Source: Zootoca vivipara (taxonomy: Eukaryota). Taken from it: a DNA stretch of 64,000 bases. The stretch spans positions 39,246,001 to 39,310,000 of the forward strand of contig NC_083285.1 of assembly GCF_963506605.1 (NCBI RefSeq), in the 5' to 3' direction. Positions 25,406-36,801 of the stretch are shown here, in pieces; position 1 is the stretch's first letter, and every line of letters starts with the position of its first letter. The notes under the pieces are model-generated. The model worked only from the letters and a program-made list of their open reading frames with translations, did not search any database and was not told where the DNA came from. A program made the translations under genes and the position numbers.

Positions 25406-25775
25406 CGCGAACTATCGCCGACACCGCGGCCATTTTGGAAAACCGGCACGGCGTGACGTTTCCTAAAGCGCCGTCGTCGACGAGAGGCCCCGAAAGCAGC
25501 AGAGGCGCCCAAAGTAACGCCGGGATAGAAGCGTCAGTTTTTTAGGCTAGAGGGACCCCGCTGCAGATTCTCAGAAGGCTCCCTCAGACGACAGCCGCTA
25601 TTCCTCTTGTTATGCGGCAGAACAAAGTCGTAATCTGTGCTAACGTAATGCTTCAGACACAATGACAACCAGGTAAGGCTGCCTTGACGAATCCTGAATG
25701 TGAGGACCCAGAAGCAATGGACGCTGGGAAGTGTAGTCCAAGCCTGCCTCGTGGTTGGTACTGTAGCGGGAAAGG
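25406..25775 (-). pseudogene. Decayed duplicate of NUP205 exon 1 and promoter (copy B), still CpG-rich
   Basis: Collinear with 11402-11761 at an offset of ~14.0 kb; 26/28 identity 25703-25730 vs 11693-11720; ATG at 25433 reads MAAVSAIVR vs MSAPLAVIS; orthologous donor lost. Confidence 0.8.
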
Positions 25776-25920
25776 ATGTACTCGCTCGGTTCTGAGAGTC
25801 AAGCGTCTATTCAGCAAAGCCGGTTTCTTCAGTTTACTTACCTTAATTTAAAAATAAAATCTTTTGCATTATCCAGTCTCTGTGTGATTTCAAGGTTGCT
25901 TTCAGGCGGAATTAGCAATC

Positions 25921-26240
25921 GTAAAGGTAAAGGGGCCCCTGCTGACCATCAGGTCCAGTCATGTCCGACTCTGAGGTTGCGGCGCTCATCTCGCTCTATA
26001 GGCCGAGGAAGCCGGCGTTTGTCCGCAGACAGCTTCCGAGTCATGTGGCCAGCATGACAAAGCTGCTTCTGGCGAACCAGAGCAGCGCACGGAAATGCCG
26101 TTTTCTTTCCCGCCTGAGCGGTCCCTATTTATCTACCTGCACTTTGATGTGCTTTCGAACACACCCCGTTGCAGGGATTCGAAACGCCGACCTGATCAGC
26201 AAGCCCTAGATTCTGTGGTTTAACCCACAACGCCACCTGG
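25921..26240 (-). mobile_element. Sauria/Squam1 SINE (internal deletion)
   Basis: AAAGGT tail repeats at left, reverse-complement head at right. Confidence 0.88.
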
Positions 26241-26471
26241 TTTTGCTTAAATATAGCAAGGCATGCACATGCCCAAAATAAGTAGCTTCGGAAGGTTTCA
26301 AAAGTATTCAAGAATAAGACTATAAGAATAACACTTTAAGGCTGGGTTCCAGTATTTACATTTTACCTGGAGCGAGCATCGCTGGAGCTAATGGCTCTTA
26401 CTACGGTAGTAGAAATGTATATGCTTGCACTGTTACTCTCCAGCATACCACATAAGTGTAGTTGAAGGATA

Positions 26472-26822
26472 AAGGTAAAGGTAAAGGGACCCCTGACCAT
26501 TAGGTCCAGTCGTGACCGACTCTGGGGTTGCGCGCTCATCTCGCATTATTGGCCGAGGGAGCCGGCGTATAGCTTCCAGGTCATGTGGCCAGCATGACAA
26601 AGCCGCTTCTGGTAAACCAGAGCAGCACATGGAAACGCCGTTTACCTTCCCGCTGTAGCGGTTCCTATTTATCTACTTGCATTTTGACATGCTTTCGAAC
26701 TGCTAGGTTGGCAGGAGCTGGGACCAAGCAACGGGAGCTCACCCCGTCACAGGGATTCGAACCGCCGACCTTCTGATCAGCAAGCCCTAGGCTCAGTGGT
26801 TTAACCACAGCGCCACCTGGGC
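26472..26822 (-). mobile_element. Sauria/Squam1 SINE
   Basis: Full length; TSD GTAGTTGAAGGATA. Confidence 0.9.
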
Positions 26823-28200
26823 CCCACGTAGTTGAAGGATAGTAGATTTTAAATCAAACGGATTTCCTGGTCAGTATTGGTTGTTTGATTTACAAACACT
26901 GGAAATGTTAATGTGATACGTTCAGTTGCTTGGAAGAAGCTTTATTCAGTTTACAGTTGTATTTAGAATAAGGAGTGCAAGGCACCAGCACTTGTGAAAA
27001 AAATAGTTGCTTTATGCTGAGCTATGGAAAGTGCATTTCCTACACCCCAGCATAAATTTGCTATAAACACCACCAGCTCATATACAGTACTGAGCTGATT
27101 ACTTGACACTGAGCACTGAGGTTAGACAACACTTCTTAAAATAAAATTAAAAAAGCTCCCTTATGTACCTCACTGTGTGTTCATACCTTCTCATGTGAGT
27201 TATTTATTACGTTGGCTTAACAATATTAATGCAAATCCATAGCACTTTTTTCTTCTTTACATTGTTCTACTTGTGTCTCTAAAAGACCATGAATTGACAA
27301 CCTATTACAGGATCAATGGACTTCTGGTTCAGAATGATTAATATGCTCATCTCGCATATTGCTGGAATAGTTGGGATATAAGCACTCAGGAGTGTTTGGT
27401 GGTGAATAGAAATTATTTTATATTTAATTTCTTATTGTTCAAGGTGATCTTATGGATATATTTTTTACTCAGTAGTAGTAAGTACTCAGTACTAGGCTTG
27501 CGCCCTAGTAAATATATTTAGGGTTGCAGCCTTTATCTCTCCTACCTTCTTATAAGCACCATTTACCTTTAGGGATACTCCATTTAATACACTGTGTCTA
27601 AAATTAATATTTTATTGTGTACTATTTGTACAAGGTTATTAGTATACAAGGGTACACAACATTATATATTCATGTATGTATATGCTGCCTTATAGAGTTG
27701 CATAGGCAAAATTGACAAATTTCTGCCCACTAGGCAATTACAGTCCACAACAGTGGGGGAAACTACAGAGGGCGGAAAAGACAAAGATAGAGCAGGAAGA
27801 ATGTGGGCAAGTGCCATTGCACTTACTTCATTCAAAAGGAATTTAAAGAATCCTGTAGTCTGTCAAGGGAAAACCTTCAAGAATAAATTCCAGGAGCCTC
27901 CCAAGCTTCTCCCTGTGGTTTTCAATGCATTACAATTACAAATGAAATACAGTATCATTGGGTCAAAAGGTTTAGATGGAGATCCACAAGGCCCTATGCT
28001 TTTAAAAATATTTTCAGGGTTTTCCAAACTTGAGTTTCAGCTGTTTTTGGACTACAGTTCCCATCATCTCTGCCCACTGATCCTGCTAGTTAGGGATGAT
28101 GGGAGTTGTAGTCTAACAAAAGCTGGAGACTCAAGTTTGGAAACCCTGAGCTAAGTTAAACGAATGAGAATCATTGAGGGGGATGTGGGCTCAGGTACCA

Positions 28201-28460
28201 CCATTGCTTGGTCCCAGCTCCTGCCAACCTAGCAGTTCGAAAGCACGTCAAAGTGCAAGTAGATAAATAGATACCACTCCAGCGGGAAGGTAAACAGCGT
28301 TTCCGAGCGCTGCTCTGGTTTGCCAGAAGCGGCTTTGTCATGCTGGCCACATGACCTGGAAACTGTACGTCAGCTCCCTCAGCCAATAACGCGAGATGAG
28401 CGCCAAAACCCCAGAGTCAGTCACAACTGGACCTAATGGTCAGGGGTCCCTTTACCTTTA
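28201..28460 (+). mobile_element. Sauria/Squam1 SINE, 5'-truncated
   Basis: Body and ACCTTT tail match the other copies. Confidence 0.85.
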
Positions 28461-30329
28461 CGAGATCAGGGGTCAGCAAACTTTTTCAGCAGGGGGCTAG
28501 TCCACTGTCCCTCAGACCTTGGGGGACGGACTATATTATGGGGGGGAAATGAACGAATTCCTATGCCCACAAATAACCCAGTGATGCATTTTAAATAAAA
28601 GCACACATTCTACTCATGTAAAAACACGCTGATTCCCGGACTGTCCACGGGCTGGATTTAGAAGGCAATTGGGCCTTAGTTTGCCTACCTATGTACTAGA
28701 TTCATGTACTATGTACTATGTACCTATGTACTAGATTCATAGGTGGCCTCTGTGGCACAGAGCTTCTTTGGATGATTGGGTTGGGATCGAAGGACTCAGG
28801 TGGTTCTTAACATATCCTGGACCCAAGTTGTTCCAAGGTTTTGTATATTAGCACAAAACTCTTGAACCCAGCTTGGTAGCATATGGGAAGCCAGTGTATA
28901 TATTTTAGCAGAGGTTTATATGGTGCTGGCTATCTGTCCCCATAAGCAGTCTAACTGTTCCATCTTGCACTAGCTGGAGGTTCTGCATCAGGCTCAAGGG
29001 CCAATCCACATACTGTATACTGCTTTGCATGCACTACAGTGGCCAGGTTATCTCATTACCAAATGAAGCTGGTAAAAGGCACTCAACCACAAGAGGCTCC
29101 TTGGACAGAAAGATTACAAAAATATATCCAAACAAAAATATACTCTTAAGCTATGTACCTGATCCATTACAGGGGGAAAATATTATACGGTATGCTAAAG
29201 CCTAATGTTTAGGATGTCACTATACTGTATTAAAATTCCTTAGGCTACAGCAGACAGCAGAATATTCTTGTGTTTATAAAAACAGCCAGGAGCGTCTGCC
29301 TCCGGTCACAGTTAAACTGTTGTTTAGTAAAAATGAATACAAACCGAAAATGAAATGAAATGAAATAAAATAGCTATGCATCACAGCAAGCATCCTGAAG
29401 TAAAACAATTACTGGTTATATCAGTGCAAACATAACCAGCTATGTAGCCCCAGCCCCCATAAACAGTACTGTAAATATATTGTAATGGGAGCAATGCACA
29501 GCAATATCAGCTAAAACGTCTCCTACCGTAGGTAATATTGCGCCCCTGGCAGAACCATCCAGATTGCGCCCCCTAGCCACGGACAAATTAGCTATTCTTT
29601 CCACCTCTCCTCCAACACCCCCTCCACCCATTCAATTCACCCTCTGTTGAAAACCATTTCTTATGAGACAATAATCGATATTTATATTTATGGACATAAT
29701 TTGAAGCCGATTTTCCGCCCCTCAATCGCCTGCGCCCCTGGCGAGGGCCCACCTCACCACCCTCTAGCTACGGGCCTGCCTGGGTGACAGCCCGTCTCTT
29801 GAATGTACTGTACGTATTTTTAAGTAATTAGTGCATATGAGAACAAGTCTCAATGGTGAATCTGTGTGTCATACAAGGATTACTACCGCTAGGAAATCCC
29901 CAGAGGGTCACAGCAGAACAACGAAGAATATTGTTTGCCACCGACCATGCCAGGTTTTGTTGTGATACTGTATAAGCTTTTGCCGACCGGAGTCCACGAA
30001 TCATGAATATTCATGGCACTGTCTATCCCATCCCTCCGTGAACCCCTTTCCGGCCGTGTTTAAAATGATCGGAATCTGTTGCATCCTTTTGAAAAGGGGA
30101 GGGATTCTTAAATGCAGGCTCCCGCTCTCTAGGAATGTGTGCCGGAGGAAGCGGAGCGGGCTGGGGTGGATAAGCGAACCAGGAGCATTTCAAACGAACC
30201 ACTAGCTGACGTTAAGCCAGCTCAATCCCTCTGATTGATTTGGAACAAACCGGTTTAAATGCCACAGCTATCACTTCAGGGTTTCCTGGGCGACAGTGTG
30301 ACCGCCTTGTCAACAGCCTAACCCACCCC

Positions 30330-31250
30330 CTTTTGAACCCAGGGAAGGACACGCTCGCCGGTTGCCCTAGTTCCCTCCCCCGCAGTAAAGACTACAACTC
30401 CCGTCATGCTCTCTCTCGCGTCGCGTCGCCTTCTACCTTTTTCCTTTCCCCCGCACCCGCCTCTCCGGCGGCTCGTGCGCATGCGCCTTGGGAGCAGCGT
30501 CCGGGGCAGGCAAGCAGTCTCTCCCTAATGTAAGATGGTGGCCGGTCTGGCAGCGGAGCGCGCAGAGCCTGGAGATTACCCGTCTCTCACATAAAGGTCG
30601 TCGGAGGAGCCGCCTGGACCCCTTCCCCGCTGCTACAGAAGCCGAGCGAGCGAGTGAGCGGGAGGAAGGGAGCGCGAGAGGGTATCGCCGCCCCCGCCGC
30701 CAGACAGCCGGTCGCCGTGGAGCAGGGACGACGAGGCGGCGGGTGAGTGAGCAGCCGGGGCTGGGGGAGCGCTAGCCGGTGCTGCCTAGCTACGAGAGAG
30801 CGGAGGCTTCGCGAGGAGCCTGCAGGCCTCGGCCATCCCTCATGCGCCTGCTCCAGACCCTGGGCCGGCGCCGGGGCTCCCTCTGGCCGGAGGGGCGGGA
30901 AGGGGGGCTGGGGCTAGCCAGGGCGGCTCCTGCCCCTGCGGCGGCGGCGGCGAGGGCCGGCTCGCCTCCCTCAGGACCGCAAGGGTGGGCTGAGGGGTGG
31001 CCGGCGCCTGGCCGCTCGCGCCGGAGACCAGCTGGATGTAGAGGGGGCTCCGAGGGAGGCGGAGGCCACGCTGTGGCTGCTCAGGGCGGGGGCTCGGGAG
31101 TCAATAGAGGCGGAGGGCTCCCGGGCAGCGCCTCCCTCGCATCCCCATCCCCACCCCGCCGCTGCCTCTCGCGTGTGCGTGTTCAGGAGGGGAGAGGGAA
31201 CCCGGGACCTATCGCTCATAGGCTTTGCTCCGCTGCTGGGTCTGATAAGG
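30330..31250 (+). promoter_or_regulatory. CNOT4: CNOT4 CpG-island promoter
   Basis: Very GC/CpG rich; ZNF143-type ACTACAACTCCCGTCATGC from 30391; NRF1 palindrome TGCGCATGCGC at 30476-30486. Confidence 0.85.
30500..30742 (+). other. CNOT4: CNOT4 non-coding exon 1 (start approximate)
   Basis: Donor CGG|GTGAGT at 30742/30743 in a CpG island; coding starts in exon 2 (acceptor 46517/46518). Confidence 0.75.
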
Positions 31251-33377
31251 TGGTGAAGAGGAGGTTTCTCATCCTTCCATCCACAGTATTGAAGAGGTGG
31301 TGGTTGGTGGGGAGGGGAGTATCCAGGCTCTCCAACAGCAGCACGTGTGTTTGGGAGTGGGTGGCAGTTAAGTGTCCCCTCTTGCCCTATTGTGATGGGC
31401 ATTTCGAATTCCCCTAGATTTTAAAAATTTCCTCTTAACATTCCCGTATGGCTTTTCCCGTTATACAGAAGTCAGTTCCTCATGCCTTAAGTTTTGTGGG
31501 ATGCTCCGATTAAGTAAGGTTGAAGGCCTTTCAACTCTTTCTCTTCCGTAGTTTGCATTTCCTTTCTTCGTTCAAAGTGAGGTTATGGTTCCTTCATGTA
31601 TCTCCCCCGCCCCCACCACTCCACACATACTTTTTTATTTGGGTAGTAATTCCTGACAGATTTCTATACCCTGTGTACTAAAGGTACACATGTTTCTCAG
31701 GAGGAAAATCAATGCTAGTGTAGGACATAAGCCTAGGAAGTAATGCAGTCAGGAGCTGGGGTCTAGAAATTGGCATGTAATTGGCTTCCTATACCTTTCA
31801 CTACTTAAGGGCTTAAGAGTTCTGCTTGTGACTTCTAATAAATTGGTTTAGGTTGGAGTGGTGGTGATGTGCATGCTATAATACTCTCTGTGTTTACCTT
31901 TTTAAAAATAAATAAATAATGCAGATCATACCCTTAAAATATGAGAAACAGGTATTAGCTACTACCTTTGTGGCCATAGGCATGTTAGTATGGTGATAGT
32001 AATAATAAGAGGAAATGATTATTGACTGACTTTTTATTCCTTGAAATTATAACTACAAAAGAAGTTATGGAACAAATTATTAAATATGTCTGGTGTACTT
32101 GTTCCTTGTGGTTCAACAAATTCACAAAGTCCCCATAAAACATGCAGTTTTAGGAAATCTTTTGTTCAGGTAACTTCATATATGGTTTGATAGTCAAACA
32201 CATTATACCAGGTTTTTTAATCATTCTGAAGTTCTTAGTTTCTAATCCTCCAAAGAGAAGTAACACATGCATCTGTTTAGATATGTTTGACAGTAAGACA
32301 TATGTAACTATTTTTATTTGTATGCCAACTTTGTTGACTTGCCAAAAAAATGAAAGTTTGTTCTAAGAGAGAATTGTCACTGTATGGTACAGGGGCCATA
32401 ACGACTGGAACAAGGCATTTATAACTGCGTATTTTTATTATTATTCTTGGCTTCTTTAAGAGGCAGTATTGCGCACTAAAAGGTATCGGATCACGTTGTT
32501 TAAGTTGGCATCTTTGAGCCGTATGTCTTGGGAGAGCCCAATCAATTCATACTGGACTAATTTGTTAGAAGAATAAATACACACAACTTCTGCATTTCTC
32601 ATAGGTCATAATTGTGAAATAACCAATGTATCCTTTATCCTTGACTTCTTAAAAAGTTGCATAACGTGAGATTTCTCTTGAAGCATATGCCTACTAAAAA
32701 TGTAATTTGAAGAATGTATGCAGAGCATCATACTACAAGTTACATCCAAAATATACTACATAAAGATTTTGTATGCCCCCATCCAGAATTACTTCTGAAG
32801 CAAGTGCTGTAATGTATAAACAGTAGTACTGTACAGTGTGAACAAGTCTGAGTTACTACCGAAAGTAAGACACTGTCTTATATTTATTTTCCTCAAGAAG
32901 ACACACTATGACTTATTTTCATGGGGTGTCTTATTCCAGCGGGAAGGGCTCTGGGCACGGCATGGCATGGCGGAAGGCAGCGAGCTGTTGCCGGGAGGTG
33001 CCGCGTCCATGTCTTATTTTCAGGGTATGGCTTATATTGTGGAAATGCTTAGAAATCCTGCTACGGCTTATTTTATGGGTATGTCTTATTTTCGGGAAAA
33101 CATGGTATCCATAGTTACTGCAGAAGGTAATCAAACTCAGTTGTAGGGTGGTGGTCTTATTGACCATTTTCATTCCACTTGCAAATATGTAATGTCCTGC
33201 TGGAATGAAGCAATTATTTATATGGAAAAATAATAGAATATCTTAAGTATTAAATCTTTTCAGAGTGTATATATGCTCTTTAACTCATGCATCTTTCCCA
33301 GAAACTCTCACTTGAATGTTTCTTCAGGTAGAAAAGGCAAATGGCCAGCCCTATTACTTTTTCTGGGTTTGCTTTTT

Positions 33378-33503
33378 TCATAAAATCATAGTATTGTAGA
33401 GTTGGAAGGGATCATGAGGATCAATGCAGGAATCTGTTGCCCAATGTGGCGTTCGAACCCACAACCCTGAGATTAAGAGTCTTGTGCTCTTCTGGCTGAG
33501 CTA
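33378..33503 (-). mobile_element. tRNA-Lys(CTT)-derived SINE with CR1-type 3' tail
   Basis: Minus strand TAGCTCAG..AGAGCA..AGACTCTTAATCTCAGGGTTGTGGGTTCGAA..CCACATTGGGC followed by CCCTTCCAACTCTAC...ATGATT (CR1 tail). Confidence 0.75.
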
Positions 33504-34939
33504 CCCCCCTTTTTTTGCAATACAACACAGGGGGGAAATACTTGAATTCTAAGTGGGCTGTAGACCTGAACACTTATATAAATAATATTTGGAATTTATC
33601 CCTTTTGGTTGATGGGAAGATTGAGGCATAAAGTTGGGATTTGGAGAAGTCATCAAGTATTTCTCTTTTAGGTGCTATAGGGAAAGTGAATGCTTTCCTG
33701 CCAAGAAAAGGGGCATTTTGAAGAGTGATGTCACCATGAAACCTATTTGCCATAGAATTAGAGCATAAGATATATGGGTTATTCATTCATTTGCAGGTAT
33801 AGGAATAATGTAGGTGCCTCGTTCTGCGAAAGAGAAAAGCAGTACTTGGATCAACCTGTACTCTAGGTAATCTGAACTGCAGTAATCTGCAGTAAAATAC
33901 ATAGACAAAACTATGACTCAAGACCATACTGAGTACATCAGTACATATCTTGAATTGTTGACTAACATGTTTGAAATGTTTTAATATAATTAATTAGGAA
34001 GAACTGCCCAGCTGCTTGCTTAGAAAAACCAATTTTGCTAAAATCTCTCATGTACATGAGAGGTTGATGATATAATGTGCTACTTGATACATTCAGTTGC
34101 TGAACAATTTAGCTAGAGCCCTAGTTCATAAGCTTTGCTTCAGACTTATTTGTTGTGTTCATTAATGGTGGTTTCTTCAGAATGTGGTTGCAGCTTTGAA
34201 GTACTAAAAGTAATAATTAGGTTTGAAAAGATAATAACAAGAAAAGAAAATAATAATAATAATAAGAAGAAGAAGAAGAAGAAGATACTGCATCTAACAG
34301 CTCAAAAATGTTAGGAGTGGGCAGTTGTTATCCAGGCGCTTAGTCTAGGCACCAGAAGCTTCTGATAAGAGGCAGAAGTGTAGGCCTGCTATCAGGCCAG
34401 CTACTAGCTCACCTATGTGGATTATTCTATACCTGGGCAAATAACGCAGTTAACCCTCTTGTCTCCAGTTTGTATGACACAATTTGTAACACACTCAAAT
34501 ATGAATAGCAACTGGGTTTTGAGCAGAGTTTTTGACAGTATTCAGCTGCTTATTGACATTTGCCTATTTCATGGCATATTAGTGGGAGTCAGGGATTGAG
34601 ATAGCAGAAGGATGCCAAAATATGATGTTGTCCACATACTGCATGTGTGCCTTAACAAACCTTTTGCCTTTTTCTTGGCTTCAGTTATAGTGAGCTATGA
34701 GCAGAGCCAATATTTAGTCCTTTAGTCCTTGCATGCCTCAAAACATAGCCCCTCTCAATTATTAGTTGCCAATATGACTTCTAAATTTGCAGGTTGAGAA
34801 TATTCCATCCTTGAAATACTGTAGTATTAATCTGATAAAGCAAAGTTGTCACAATAATTATTGTACATTTAATTTAAACTTTATTTCTGCCCTGTTGGAA
34901 GTAATTGTTTGGCTTCTACAAGAGATTTGTCTCATTGAA

Positions 34940-35155
34940 GGGTTATAATTCTGTGGTAGAGCACATGGTTTACCTGCAGAAGACCCCAGGTTAAATCCTA
35001 ACATCTCCAGTTAGAAGGCTTTTAAATTTAGGCTTGGGAACGACCTCTGCTTGAGCTCTTGGGAGAGGTACTGCCATTTAAGATGGACAATACTAGGACT
35101 ACATAGTACTAGCAATACTAGGGCTACATAGATCTGACTTGGTATAAGGCAGCCG
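34940..35155 (+). mobile_element. Old tRNA-derived SINE (Squam3-like); related copies at ~1022-1175 (-), 40862-41040 (-), 42685-42790 (+)
   Basis: Box A/B-like head GTGGTAGAGCAC...CCCAGGTTAAATCC, tail CTGACTTGGTATAAGGCAGC. Confidence 0.6.
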
Positions 35156-36131
35156 TGTCTTCATCTGACTCATTGACCTCTTTAATTCATGATACCACCC
35201 TGGTTTGATTACAAGCTTTGATATGCCATAGTAAGGAAGAATGGTGTACATTTTATCGATACAATATTTCAACATGTTCAGTATTTGCTGCTGTCCAAGA
35301 TCATAGGGTGGCATGTACAGGTGCAGAAAAGGCCAGCAATGGCTACTAGCTGTGATGACTATATTTCAGTGTCAGAAGCAGTATGCACCTGAATACTTGG
35401 GGACTCTGAGTGGAAAAGTGCTATTGTGCTTATGACCTACTTGTGGGATTCCCATAGATACCTGGTTGGCCGCCATGGGAACAGAATGCGGGACTAGATC
35501 GACCTTTGGTACAATTCAGCAGTGCTCTTCTTAACAGCTTAAGTACAATTACCGTAGCTATGTTTACATGTAGACTTAAATATATTTATATTTATAATAC
35601 ATTTTTGGCCAAGATGGAAGTCTCCTTCCTGAAGTTTGGAGAGAGTTACAGGGAAGCCAGCAGCATTGCAAATACAGTATTTAAGATCATTTTTAAATGA
35701 AATGTTTTGAGGAATGCAGGGCTAATGCATTTCAATCATAGGAATAGCATTTCTTATGCAAGGTGGAAGCTGTAAAATGTAAATTGGCTCCTGTTGTAGT
35801 GAAGCTTGACTATTAAAAAGAAAAGAAAAGAAAAAAAGATGCAGGTGTAGTAACTTAGGCATATTGTTATGAACATGAATTGTATTTGAATTTTCAACAG
35901 GCCAGAATTATTTAATTTATATATATATTCACAGTGAGGGAACGAGAAACCCACCTGAGCAAGTGGCTGATCAGACAGCAAGTTCTCAGTGGAGCCTCCT
36001 TCCAGCTTTGGTTTGATTGTAGTAAAACAATCTGAACTGTGTTTAAGACTCTAGTTTATCCCAGCAGATTTCTTAAATGTCAAGTCCAAACTTCAAATCT
36101 TTTGAATTTCTTGGAGGAAAATTGTGGCTTT

Positions 36132-36230
36132 GTTGAAACAAAATAAAAAAACTCCTTCCAGTAGCACCTTAGAGACCAACTAAGTTTGTCATTGGTATGA
36201 GCTTTCGTGTGCATGCACACTTCTTCAGAT
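36132..36230 (-). mobile_element. Penelope-like fragment with hammerhead core
   Basis: GGTATGAGCTTTCGTGTGCATGCACACTTCTTCAGAT, identical to the motif at 44485-44521. Confidence 0.7.
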
Positions 36231-36519
36231 TTGTTGTACCCTGTCCATGGTGCTGCAGTGAACAGGGTATTAGTAAGCAGGTGTTCCAAACCAATGTGGT
36301 CTCCATTTTGTTTGTTGAATTATTGGATCAACAACTATTGAACAAGTATTTATTATGCTCCTTAGAGTATACCTGTGAGTGATGGGTTGTAATAAGTAAA
36401 TTAAGAGCCTTCATGAAGGATGATGTAATTCCAATGAGAACATTACTTACATGATTCCTGTTCAACAGTTAAGCCATGGCAGTTAGCTTTCAAATAATTT
36501 ATTGTATGTGTAGATTGGA

Positions 36520-36801
36520 GGGACGCGGGTGGCGCTGTGGTCTAAACCACAGAGCCTAGGGCTTGCCGATCAGAAGGTCGGCGGTTCGAATCCCTGCGAT
36601 GGGGTGAGCTTCCGTTGTTCGGTCCCAGCTCCTGCCCACCTAGCAGTTCAAAAGCATGCAGTGCAAGTAGATAAATAGGTACCACTCCAGCGGGAAGGTA
36701 AATGGCGTTTCTGTGCGCTGCTCTGGTTTGCCAGAAGCGGCTTAGTCATGCTGGCCACATGATCCGGAAGCTGTCTGTGGACAAACGCCAGCTCCCTTGG
36801 C
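36520..36801 (+). mobile_element. Sauria/Squam1 SINE, 3'-truncated
   Basis: Head and body match the other copies. Confidence 0.85.

Noticed and set aside
25474-25500. Hammerhead-like TCGACGAG...CGAAA in the orphan island
   Set aside because: Core reads UCGACGA, not CUGANGA, helix II does not pair, and the segment is explained by homology to the NUP205 upstream region.
25400-25545. Possible Pol III snRNA-type gene (ZNF143 site nearby, T6 run at ~25538)
   Set aside because: No recognisable PSE/TATA and no similarity to U6, 7SK, Y, vault, RMRP or RPPH1; better explained as the duplicated NUP205 promoter.
30779-31417. 212-aa ORF and other long ORFs in CpG islands (12585..13151, 12655..13191, 11216..11647)
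   Set aside because: Low-complexity G/A/R/P-rich translations expected from stop-poor GC-rich DNA; they span donors and a MITE and resemble no known protein.
33437-33503. Functional tRNA-Lys gene
   Set aside because: 5' acceptor strand missing, D and T arms mutated, fused to a CR1 tail.
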